Source: Nitrospirota bacterium | Lineage (GTDB): Bacteria > Nitrospirota > UBA9217 | Length of the DNA: 40,532 nucleotides | NCBI GenBank assembly: GCA_029858565.1 | Contig: JAOUEV010000031.1 | Location: 1-40,532 of the forward strand | Reading direction: 5' to 3' | Shown here: positions 25,136 to 33,499 of the stretch, piece after piece | How the letters are laid out: every line of letters starts with the position of its first letter | Numbering within the stretch: position 1 is the stretch's first letter | Notes under the pieces: generated by a model | Told to the model about the DNA's origin: nothing | Databases searched by the model: none | What the model saw: only the letters and a program-made list of their open reading frames with translations | Program-made: the position numbers and the translations under genes

Positions 25136-25969
25136 TCACGGATGTATCAGTTTATGCTCGATCGCAATGGCAATGGCCTGCATCCTGCCGTTGGCGTTCA
25201 ACTTGGAATAGATCTTCTTCAGATGGAACTTCACCGTGTCGTTGCTGATCTTGAGTATTCCTGCGATCTCGCCGATGCTCTTTCCGTCCTTGAGCCAGAT
25301 CAGGATCTCGATCTCCCGCGCGGTGAGCGAGGCGATGGGCCCCTTCTTCTCCCCCAGAGGCGCGCGCTGCAGATAGGGCACCACATGCCTCATCACGACC
25401 GACTGGAGCAGGACCTCGACCTCGGGAACCGTCATATCCAGGTGCGATGCCACTGCCTCGCGGTCCTTCCCTTTTGCCGAAAGTTGCAGGACCTCACGGT
25501 CCAGTTCAGTGAGCTTCACATCCTGAGGCAGGTCACCCCGTGATATCCGGTGGTAATACTCACGCAGCAGTAGGTCGATGACCGGCCAGCTGAGCCATGT
25601 CGCTCCGGAGGAAATCCTGCGAAGCGCATGGATCATCTCTTCGAAGCCCGAGTTCTTCAGGATATATCCAGCAGCTCCGGCATCGACCATCTCCAGCACC
25701 ATGCGGCGGTCGAGATGCATGGACAGGGCAATGATCCTGGATGCTGATCCGGCAGCCCGCAGCTGGCGCGTTGTTTCGATGCCGTTCAGGCCGGGCATGG
25801 AAACGTCCATCATCACAATGTCCGGTGACAGTTTGGGAGCCTGGAGCACCACGGTCCATCCCTGGTCAGCCTCGCCCACAACGGTCATACCCGGCTCGTC
25901 CTCGATCAGCATCTTCAGGCCTTCGCGTATGATCTTATGGTCTTCTGCCAGATAGATGCGTATATCCAT
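25136..25969 (-). CDS. NarL/LuxR-family response regulator with two tandem LuxR-type HTH segments
   Basis: MDIRIYLAEDH...VMMDVSMPGLNG...GAAGYILK. First HTH LTELDREVLQL..G. Second HTH LTAREIEILIWLKDGKSIGEIAGIL.IS..TVKFHL. Confidence 0.88.
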   Translation of the reverse strand: MDIRIYLAEDHKIIREGLKMLIEDEPGMTVVGEADQGWTVVLQAPKLSPDIVMMDVSMPGLNGIETTRQLRAAGSASRIIALSMHLDRRMVLEMVDAGAAGYILKNSGFEEMIHALRRISSGATWLSWPVIDLLLREYYHRISRGDLPQDVKLTELDREVLQLSAKGKDREAVASHLDMTVPEVEVLLQSVVMRHVVPYLQRAPLGEKKGPIASLTAREIEILIWLKDGKSIGEIAGILKISNDTVKFHLKKIYSKLNANGRMQAIAIAIEHKLIHP

Positions 25970-26882
25970 TATCTCCCCCCCGGGGTTCAGCTTTAAGATC
26001 AACTGCGGAACTGTTGAGAACAGCGTTGGTATTTCCCTCAGCTTCAGATGACAACAAGCAGTGCCCGCGCAACCGGGCTCCTATCTTCATCTCAACGTAC
26101 GCCTAGGGCAAAGCTGATTCTACAGTCGGGTAATAATGCACTGATAACTTGCGGGAGGGCATTGCATGACCAGCGATCCGGGGACCGCTGTGCGCACCTG
26201 TCATGCAACTGAAATATCAAGCGATTTGACACTTGAATATAGTGATGTCACTGTTTATTGTCAAGCGGATTTTATTTTTTCGCAGCAGTCCTGTACATTA
26301 CCGCAAGTCAATCCAGCAGAACTGAGCTATACACCTCCTCTGCTCGTTTCAAAGAGCCTGGGGAAAGGCATTGGTCAATGGAGAATGATATTACAGCGGT
26401 TATTCTGGCAGGTATTATGAATCTGATAAGGCCCGGGATAGTTACAGGTAGGACTGTCCGGCATTGTTCAGTACATCAGGTCCATCAGATCACACTGCTT
26501 AGCACTATATGACCGCAAGATCCTCGTCCGCTGCATCAAGATGTTCTTCCTCCTTGTTACCTCATCTGATGATATTCATGAACGCGCCGATATTCAATGG
26601 TTTCAATCTGTGATCACGTTGTTCTGTTCCTGCACAGTCACAACAGGAGCGGTCACGGTCTTATGCGTCGCCGTGTTGGTCTGCGCAGTCACAGGCAGTT
26701 GACCGCCTGCATATGTCCGAGCATAGGCCTCTGACAGGATAAAAGGCCCTACTCCCGAACGGGACTCCGTTATCGCGCAGGATAAGTCCACAGGAGGCGC
26801 CGGAGGCGGATTGACCGTAATTACCGCGTCTACGGTAACCGAAAATATGACCAAAGCTTTTTTAATGCCAGTCCTCAAGTAG

Positions 26883-27590
26883 TTAAAAAGCGAAGGACAG
26901 CAGGAGCAGGAGACCTCCTTGCGATGTCTTTTTATATCGGATCTCCGTTTCTCCTGAAGGCAGCGGTTCATTCTCCCTGACGCCATCGCCAAGCACCTTG
27001 ACCGAGGAATCCATGATCGCGCCGATGCCGAAATTGAAGCTGTCGCTCCGAGCCTTGTCGCGGCGCCACCCGAACATGATCCCGGCCCCGATCGATCTGA
27101 TCGGCCCGCCGCCGTCCGATGCAGGTTCAAATGCGACAAAGGGCCCCCACCCGCCTTTCCCCTTGTCGCCATACCAGTGATCGCTCGTGAAGGGAAAGAA
27201 ATAGTGCGTTTCCAGCATAAACCTGACGATATCGTTGTTCTCCTCGTTAACCCGCACGACCCCGTTCACGATGCTCGCATCAACGACCCGGTTCCTCTTG
27301 CCCAGGTCGTGGGTGTAGGACAACGCTACGCCGAAGCCCAGTCCTTTGAACTTTTCAGCCGATTTTTGGATGTTCTCCAGTTCCTTCACGCTGTCCGACA
27401 AACTCTCATCCACAGCTTTTTTCTCGGGTGCGCTCAACGTTGCATCGGGGATCTGCCTTACCTTCTTTTGCAGGTCCTCGAGCTGCGCTTTGCGCGCTCC
27501 CGGCTCGGGGTCTGTTTCCTGGGCGCCTGCCAGGCTCCAGCACATCAACCACATCAGCGCAACAGTTGCGACACCATAGCTATTGATCAT
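26883..27590 (-). CDS. Secreted or outer-membrane hypothetical protein
   Basis: ATG 27590 with a GGGGAGG RBS. Signal peptide ending AGA/QE, coiled-coil segment, beta-rich C-terminal half ending in Phe (LLLLLSFAF). Confidence 0.7.
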   Translation of the reverse strand: MINSYGVATVALMWLMCWSLAGAQETDPEPGARKAQLEDLQKKVRQIPDATLSAPEKKAVDESLSDSVKELENIQKSAEKFKGLGFGVALSYTHDLGKRNRVVDASIVNGVVRVNEENNDIVRFMLETHYFFPFTSDHWYGDKGKGGWGPFVAFEPASDGGGPIRSIGAGIMFGWRRDKARSDSFNFGIGAIMDSSVKVLGDGVRENEPLPSGETEIRYKKTSQGGLLLLLSFAF

Positions 27591-27656
27591 GCCCCTCCCC
27601 TTTACAGCGATAGCCAGAATGAATTTCACGGGCACATTCTGCTCCAGCACAGCACG

Positions 27657-27702
27657 ACTATACAGATTTCCTATCCCTTTGGGAACTACCCATAAGGGTA
27701 GG
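27657..27702 (-). promoter_or_regulatory. Duplicated promoter, copy 1: palindrome CTACCC-N4-GGGTAG, -35 TTCCCA, 17 bp, -10 TATAGT
   Basis: 27679-27702 is identical to 30542-30565 (24 bp), and TCTGTATA is conserved at the same spacing. Confidence 0.7.
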
Positions 27703-27774
27703 AGATAAAAGACCAGTATTCCTGAGCTGTTGCATGGCCTGAATACAGCCCCTGTGCCGGCCGGCGGGATGGTA

Positions 27775-27803
27775 TTGCGAAATTTGTCATACTGCGGTAC
27801 TCT
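27775..27803 (+). promoter_or_regulatory. Putative sigma70 promoter of the aminotransferase
   Basis: TTGCGA-17 bp-TACTCT upstream of AAGGAG and ATG 27846. Confidence 0.45.
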
Positions 27804-27845
27804 GCAAATATCCCTATTTCACCCGTATCCAACACAAGGAGCGCC

Positions 27846-29036
27846 ATGGATAGCCTGTTCTCCGACCGGATTGCCGATGTTCCCCGGTCCTTCATCCGAG
27901 AGATATTAAAGACCGCGCTGCAGCCGAACGTCATCTCTTTTGCCGGCGGCCTTCCGAACCGGGACCTGTTCCCGGTCAAGGAAATAGCCGAGGCGGCGAG
28001 AAAGGTCCTTGACCGCGAGGGACGGGACGTTTTCCAGTACGGAAATTCCGAGGGGTCTGTGAAGCTCCGGGAGTTTATTGCCCGGCGCTATGAATCCAGG
28101 CTCGGGCTGCAGGTTGCTGTTGACGACATCTTGATCACGAACGGTTCGCAGCAGGGACTCGATCTTCTCGGAAAAGTGCTGCTGAACGAGGGAGATGGAC
28201 TGATCATTGAGGAACCGGGCTACCTCGGGGCTATTCAAGCATTTTCGCTTTACCGCCCCCGGTTCCTGCCGGTACCGCTCGTGCAGGAGGGCCTTGATAC
28301 CGCGGTCCTGAAACAAACCCTTGCGCAAAGCAGGCCGAAGCTCCTGTACACAGTGCCGAATTTTCAGAACCCCTCGGGGATCACCTATTCCAGAGGGAAC
28401 CGGCAGGCTGTAGCGGAGGCGGTCAGGGAAAGCGGCGCCCTGCTGATTGAGGATGATCCCTACGGCGACCTTCGGTTCTCAGGCGAACCTGCGCCGTCGT
28501 TCCGTACGTACCTTCCGCAGACCACCATCCTGCTGGGGTCGTTCTCCAAGTCCGTGGTGCCGGGATTCCGGTTGGGGTGGATCGTGGCGCCCAGGCCGCT
28601 TATGGACAAGCTGGTGATCGCGAAACAGGCCGCTGACCTCCATACCAGCCACATGATCCAGGCGATCATGCATCAGTATCTTGCGGACAATGATATCGAT
28701 CAGCACATCCAAACCATCCGCGATGCCTACGGCAAGCAGTGCGCTGCCATGCTGGCCGGCATGGAGCGACACTTTCCCAATAGCGTGACCCATACACGCC
28801 CGGAAGGAGGCATGTTCGTCTGGGCCGAACTTCCGCGCGGTCTTGCCGCGCTGGACCTCTTTGAGCTTGCGGTGAAGGAGAATGTAGTCTTTGTGCCAGG
28901 TGATCCTTTTTATGTCAACAAAAGCAGGACACGGGCCATGCGGATCAACTTTTCCTGCGTTGATGAATCAACGATAGCAGCCGGGATCGAGAGGCTGGGC
29001 AACGTCATGAAAAGGATGATCGAACAGACGGGATGA
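27846..29036 (+). CDS. PLP-dependent class I aminotransferase (LysN/MocR-like catalytic domain, no HTH)
   Basis: SFIREILK, ISFAGGLP, TNGSQQGLD, PNFQNPSG, IEDDPYG, GSFSK..PGFRLGW and PEGGMFVW. Confidence 0.93.
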   Translation: MDSLFSDRIADVPRSFIREILKTALQPNVISFAGGLPNRDLFPVKEIAEAARKVLDREGRDVFQYGNSEGSVKLREFIARRYESRLGLQVAVDDILITNGSQQGLDLLGKVLLNEGDGLIIEEPGYLGAIQAFSLYRPRFLPVPLVQEGLDTAVLKQTLAQSRPKLLYTVPNFQNPSGITYSRGNRQAVAEAVRESGALLIEDDPYGDLRFSGEPAPSFRTYLPQTTILLGSFSKSVVPGFRLGWIVAPRPLMDKLVIAKQAADLHTSHMIQAIMHQYLADNDIDQHIQTIRDAYGKQCAAMLAGMERHFPNSVTHTRPEGGMFVWAELPRGLAALDLFELAVKENVVFVPGDPFYVNKSRTRAMRINFSCVDESTIAAGIERLGNVMKRMIEQTG

Positions 29037-29114
29037 GCAGTGGAGTTGTCTTTCGCTTGAGGTGATGAATATACGGCCTGGCTGCCTGCAATGGAGCTGA
29101 TCCCTTTTACTACT

Positions 29115-29151
29115 ACGCTGCCGCCGGTTGCGACCCCGACGGCAGCGTTTT
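29115..29151 (+). terminator. Probable intrinsic terminator after the aminotransferase
   Basis: ACGCTGCCG...CGGCAGCGT stem followed by a T-run. Confidence 0.6.
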
Positions 29152-29404
29152 GGAACAAGGTGACCCCCCCCTTTTTCCGGCCCCTCCGACTTGCGATAGT
29201 TCAGAACACCGCGTTCGGTCACCAGTCTAGGATCACCATGCTTGCTGCTTTCGCTACTGGACAGTTGTATAACCCTGTCAACCATTCCTGCAGGTATTTC
29301 ACTATGACCCGTCTGCACATCCAACAGGATTACTTTCGGACCTGCAGCCCGTCTCATGGCACACTCAAGGCACCTGCCGCTCCCTGCAGATCGGAACTTA
29401 CTTT

Positions 29405-29911
29405 TTACTCCTGCTCTTCGCTCCGGGTCAGGACCATTGGCACGGGGATACCTAATACCTTCATCGAGCCCCGGAGCGTATTCTCCTGGTACTCAAGTTG
29501 AAAGGAATACCTTCCCAGCAGAACGTTCGTGACCTGCAGTTCTACACGGTTCCCCAACAAGGTGGCAACGCCTGTTCCTGAGCGGCCCAGCAGGCCGTAT
29601 TCATTCAATTCGTAATATCCACCTCGGTTGATGAACTCATAGGTTCCGCCCTGGGTCCCCTTCCAGGTGCCAGCGAGGATATCCTTGCCCGGCACAGGGA
29701 GGCCGGCCGAAGGTGATGACAGCGGCTTCTGCCGCATGAACCTGCCTGTTCCCGAGCAGGGATCGCAACGCATACGTCGCATTCCTCCACAGAGGGGACA
29801 CGGCCTTGTTTCATGTTCTCCGGCATCGGCGTGCCCGATCACATACCCGCGGCCGCTGCAGCTTGAGCAGGATATGCTGCCCTCTCCAAAACAATGTATG
29901 CAGGTTGTCAT
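29405..29911 (-). CDS. DnaJ-type CxxCxGxG zinc-finger protein with a small beta-rich C-terminal domain
   Basis: CIHCFGEG, CSSCSGRG, CPLCGG and CDPCSGTG; LAGTWKG domain. TAATG overlap with the upstream gene. Confidence 0.75.
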   Translation of the reverse strand: MTTCIHCFGEGSISCSSCSGRGYVIGHADAGEHETRPCPLCGGMRRMRCDPCSGTGRFMRQKPLSSPSAGLPVPGKDILAGTWKGTQGGTYEFINRGGYYELNEYGLLGRSGTGVATLLGNRVELQVTNVLLGRYSFQLEYQENTLRGSMKVLGIPVPMVLTRSEEQE

Positions 29912-30469
29912 TATATTTTATCCAGCTCCGACGTCCCGGTACTTTCAAGACCGGGATTCCCGATCTGACCTTTGCCGCTGTTTTGACTTATTCCCGAACT
30001 GGCTGCGGCATCACCCTTCGCTGAGTTATTGGTCTTTCTCGCCGTACTGTATATGTAGTCTATATATCCACGACTCTGGATCTTTCCTTCATCGGACAGT
30101 TGACGGTACTTCCTGACCAGCTGGATCTCATCGGTGCCGATCTCCTGTTTGAGATAGTCGCACTGTTCCTGGGACAGGGGAGCTTTTCGCCTGGATTTCC
30201 CGTTTCTCCCTCGATAGTTGTCCGGAACGAGGAACTGCCCCTTGACATCCCCAGGCAGCTTTTGCTGGTGAGCGACGATGACCAGCAGTGAAAGGTCCAG
30301 CTCCAGGCTTTGCGCGATGGCACGAAGGGTCCTGTCCTTGGGAATGTGGTCTTTCACCAGGATGGCCCGGATGATCTCCGCACTGATGCCGATAAGCTGT
30401 GACGCGGCCTTGAGGCTTCTCACCTTGCGATTTTTCAGCTCACGATCAATGATCTCCGCCAGCTTCATT
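29911..30469 (-). CDS. XRE/Cro-like HTH protein
   Basis: ATG 30469 with an AAGGA RBS. SLKAASQLIGISAEII...P...TLRAIAQSL. Repressor-like tail EIQLVRKYRQLSDEGK. Confidence 0.65.
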
Positions 30470-30519
30470 GGTTCCTTTTTTGCAGTAGATGTGGTCGGCC
30501 CGTTTTCACTGTTCACAGG

Positions 30520-30565
30520 AATATACAGACTTTTCCCTATCTTGGGAACTACCCATAAGGGTAGG
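30520..30565 (-). promoter_or_regulatory. Duplicated promoter, copy 2: palindrome CTACCC-N4-GGGTAG, -35 TTCCCA, 17 bp, -10 TATATT
   Basis: 24-bp identity with 27679-27702 and the same spacing to TCTGTATA. Confidence 0.7.
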
Positions 30566-30752
30566 TGAATTAACCTGCTGATAAATCAAGTGTTCAGCGC
30601 CAAGCAAGGATCTTCCACGATCCTTCATTTAAGCGGGTAGTAACTGCTCACAGGATAAGCTGAGTAGGAAGAAAAGTCGGAGTGTTCAAGTCCTGGTAGG
30701 AAGCATGGGACCGACAAAATGGGTCATATTCATAGCTGCTATTGCAGGAATG

Positions 30753-31568
30753 TCAATTTTTCCTGAGCAACGCGAGTGCTTTTTGATGGGTGACACTGTT
30801 CTTAGCCGCAAGAAGCGGCACAGTGCGGTCAAGACCGGCCCGAACACTCCCCAGGGAACTGCCTGCCCAGTCAGTCACGATACCCCCAGCTTCCTCCAGT
30901 ATCAGCATGCCCGCAGCATAGTCAAAGGTCCGGGACGGTGTCGCAGTGACAAAGACACTTGTGGCGCCTGACGCCAGGTAGGTCAGGTCGAGCGCTGTTG
31001 ACCCGAAGCAGCGCGTTCTCCGCGCAGACGTGAGCAGCGGCAGGATCAGAGGAAGATCATTAGCGGGATCCGTCGCCTCATAGGATACGATCACGATATC
31101 AGCCGTATCCGGGGTCCGGAGCGTTTTGCCGTTCTTGAACGCGCCTTTCCCCCGCACAGCCCAGAACTCGTCGCCAACCGCGAGATTCATGACATAGCCT
31201 GCCTTGAGTTCCGCAAGGGTGCTCCCATCCAGAAGTGCTATGGCGAACCCGAAGAACGGCACGCCGTTCTTTGCATTATTGCTCCCGTCAACCGGGTCCA
31301 CGAGCACGACCTGGGTACCTGCTCCGAACGTTCTGGTTCCCAGTTCCTCGGAAACGAGCGTGAAGGCAGCGCCATTGGTGGCATGGACCTGTTCCATCGC
31401 CGCCACCATGATATCCTCGGCCCATTTGTCCACGGGAAAGGTCTTGTCCCCGCCTGCGCCGCGCCCGATCGCGGTCCTGCCGGTCTCAAGATCAAGGATC
31501 GCGGGAAGTCCTGCGCGCATCTCTTTGCCGATGCCGCGGAACACCTCAAGCCACTGTTCGGTCGTCAT
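30753..31568 (-). CDS. Inositol monophosphatase / FBPase (FIG superfamily, archaeal-like bifunctional type)
   Basis: GAGGDKT..VD..AE, LVSEE, VDPVDGSNN, RCFGSTALD and R.FDYAAG. Confidence 0.88.
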   Translation of the reverse strand: MTTEQWLEVFRGIGKEMRAGLPAILDLETGRTAIGRGAGGDKTFPVDKWAEDIMVAAMEQVHATNGAAFTLVSEELGTRTFGAGTQVVLVDPVDGSNNAKNGVPFFGFAIALLDGSTLAELKAGYVMNLAVGDEFWAVRGKGAFKNGKTLRTPDTADIVIVSYEATDPANDLPLILPLLTSARRTRCFGSTALDLTYLASGATSVFVTATPSRTFDYAAGMLILEEAGGIVTDWAGSSLGSVRAGLDRTVPLLAAKNSVTHQKALALLRKN

Positions 31569-33424
31569 GACACCTCCTTTTCTTCCTGTGCCGGGGAACC
31601 CTGCCTGGCCGCAAAATGGCCGTACACTTCCTCCGCAGCCTTCCTGGTCATGCCCTTCACTGCAGCCAGGTCCTCTACTTTGGCCTGGCGCACCTTTGCC
31701 AGGCTCCCGAAATGGCGCAGCAGCGCTTTTTTTCTTGTCTCGCCGATGCCCGGAATGTCGTCGAGCTCGGATGCAATTGCGCGCTGGGCCCGCAGTTTCC
31801 GGTGATACTCAATAGCGAACCGGTGCGCCTCGTCCCTCACCCGGGCGACCAGGTGGGTCACCGCGCTCGCGGGGTCCAGAATGACCGGCTCTTCCACGCC
31901 GGGAAGGAATACCCGTTCGAACTCTCTTCTCGATCCGTCCTCCCCGCTTCTCGCCTTGGCCAACCCCAGGACATCCGGCTCCTGCACCTCCAGTTCCTTC
32001 AGTACATCGAGCGCCTTGTTGAGCTGGCCCTTTCCGCCGTCGATCAGGATGAGGTCCGGCAAGTGCCCTTCTTCCTTCGCCCGCAGATACCTGCGGCGGA
32101 CGACCTCCGCCATGCTCGCGAAATCGTCCTGGCCCGCGACTGTTCTGATCTTGAATCGTTTGTAGCTCCGCTTGTCCGGAAGGTTGTTCTCAAAGGCCAC
32201 CATGCTGGCAACCGCCTCCGTTCCCTGGATGTTCGAAATATCAAAAGCCTCGATCCTTCGGGGCAGATGCTTGAGCCCCAGCTCCTCCTGCAGCGCCCGA
32301 AGAACGCGCTCTTTGCTCTTGCGGGAAAGGGTCTGTTCCTTCAGCGCCTGCATCGCGTTATCGCATGCCATTTGAACAAGTTCACGTTTCCTGCCCCGGT
32401 GGGGCACGGAGACTTCCACTTTCGCGCCGCGCCGGTCTGCAAGCCAGCGTTCGAGAATATCCCGGTCCGGGACCTCGAGCGGCAGCAGGACCTCAGCGGG
32501 CACGATCATTTCCTTTGCATAGAATTGGTGCAGGAAATCCGTAAGGACATCCTCTCCGGACATGCCGCGGACTTCCGTGAAGGTGAAATCCTTTCTCCCG
32601 GTCAGCATGCCGTTCCTGATGAAGAGCACCTGGATGTCCGCGTGGCCGCCTTCGGCTGCGTAACCAATGACATCCTGGTTCTCGAATCCCGGGGAGATGA
32701 TCTTCTGCTTCTCAAAGGCCCCTTCGATCTTCGCTATCCTGTCGCGAAGCTCCGCCGCCCGTTCGTACTCCAGCTGCTCCGAAGCATCCGTCATGCGCTG
32801 CTTCAGGATCGTGATAAGGTCCCGGTTCTTTCCCTCGATGAACAACCGCACCTGTTGCACCATGTCGCGGTAGGCGTTCTGGTCGGCCTCACCCGAGCAG
32901 GGAGCCAGACATCTGCCGATCTGGTGCTGCACGCAGGGCCGTTCCGGTTTTTCCCGGTTGAACTCCTTTTTGCAGGTGGCGAGCGGAAAGGTGCGACGGA
33001 TAAGAGCAAGGATCTCCCACATGCCGCCGGCAGGCACATAGGGACCGTAGTAGACCGAACCGTCCTTCTTGAGCCCCCGGACAACGTCAAGGCGAGGATA
33101 CTCGGCCTTCATGTTCAGCTTCAAATACGGGTAGTTCTTGTCGTCACGCAGGATGATATTGAACCGCGGGTGGTGTTTCTTAATGAGCGTGGCCTCGAGG
33201 ATCAACGCCTCAAGCTCCGTATGGGTAACGATGGTCTCCAGGTCCGAGATATTCCGGACCAGCGCCTCGGTCTTTTCATCCTTCGCGCCCTTCTGGAAAT
33301 AGGACCGTACGCGATTCCTGAGGGATAGCGCCTTGCCCGCATAAATGATGTGTCCGCGTGCGTCCTTCATGAGATAGACGCCGGGCGAGTCCGGAAGGTT
33401 CTGGAGCTTTTCTTCGAGGGTCAT
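31565..33424 (-). CDS. uvrC: Excinuclease ABC subunit C
   Basis: GIY-YIG (PGVYLM...IIYAGKA), EALILE, LRDDKNYPY, RIEAFDISN, DGGKGQL, RDEAHRFA and HhH motif. ATG at 33424. Confidence 0.97.
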   Translation of the reverse strand: MTLEEKLQNLPDSPGVYLMKDARGHIIYAGKALSLRNRVRSYFQKGAKDEKTEALVRNISDLETIVTHTELEALILEATLIKKHHPRFNIILRDDKNYPYLKLNMKAEYPRLDVVRGLKKDGSVYYGPYVPAGGMWEILALIRRTFPLATCKKEFNREKPERPCVQHQIGRCLAPCSGEADQNAYRDMVQQVRLFIEGKNRDLITILKQRMTDASEQLEYERAAELRDRIAKIEGAFEKQKIISPGFENQDVIGYAAEGGHADIQVLFIRNGMLTGRKDFTFTEVRGMSGEDVLTDFLHQFYAKEMIVPAEVLLPLEVPDRDILERWLADRRGAKVEVSVPHRGRKRELVQMACDNAMQALKEQTLSRKSKERVLRALQEELGLKHLPRRIEAFDISNIQGTEAVASMVAFENNLPDKRSYKRFKIRTVAGQDDFASMAEVVRRRYLRAKEEGHLPDLILIDGGKGQLNKALDVLKELEVQEPDVLGLAKARSGEDGSRREFERVFLPGVEEPVILDPASAVTHLVARVRDEAHRFAIEYHRKLRAQRAIASELDDIPGIGETRKKALLRHFGSLAKVRQAKVEDLAAVKGMTRKAAEEVYGHFAARQGSPAQEEKEVS

Positions 33425-33499
33425 GCAGTATTTTACCACGGAAGGGGGGCTGGAGACAGGAACGACACAAGAAAGTGAACCGCGGGAGTTGTCAGACCA

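Noticed and set aside
26100-26160. GGCAAA-containing segment resembling a c-di-GMP-I riboswitch
   Set aside because: Lacks the GNRA tetraloop/receptor and the second conserved stem.
27846-29036. Aminotransferase as the missing cobalamin Thr-phosphate decarboxylase CobD
   Set aside because: Motifs (ISFAGGLP, PEGGMFVW) are LysN/MocR-type rather than HisC/CobD-type. It lies outside the operon on the opposite strand.
28968-29357. 129-aa minus-strand ORF downstream of the zinc-finger gene
   Set aside because: It overlaps the aminotransferase 3' end and the terminator hairpin, with no recognisable motif.
31616-33328. Long plus-strand ORFs (570 aa here; also 8918-9940, 6603-7619, 10542-11474)
   Set aside because: Antisense shadows of well-supported minus-strand genes in GC-rich DNA, with no recognisable motifs.
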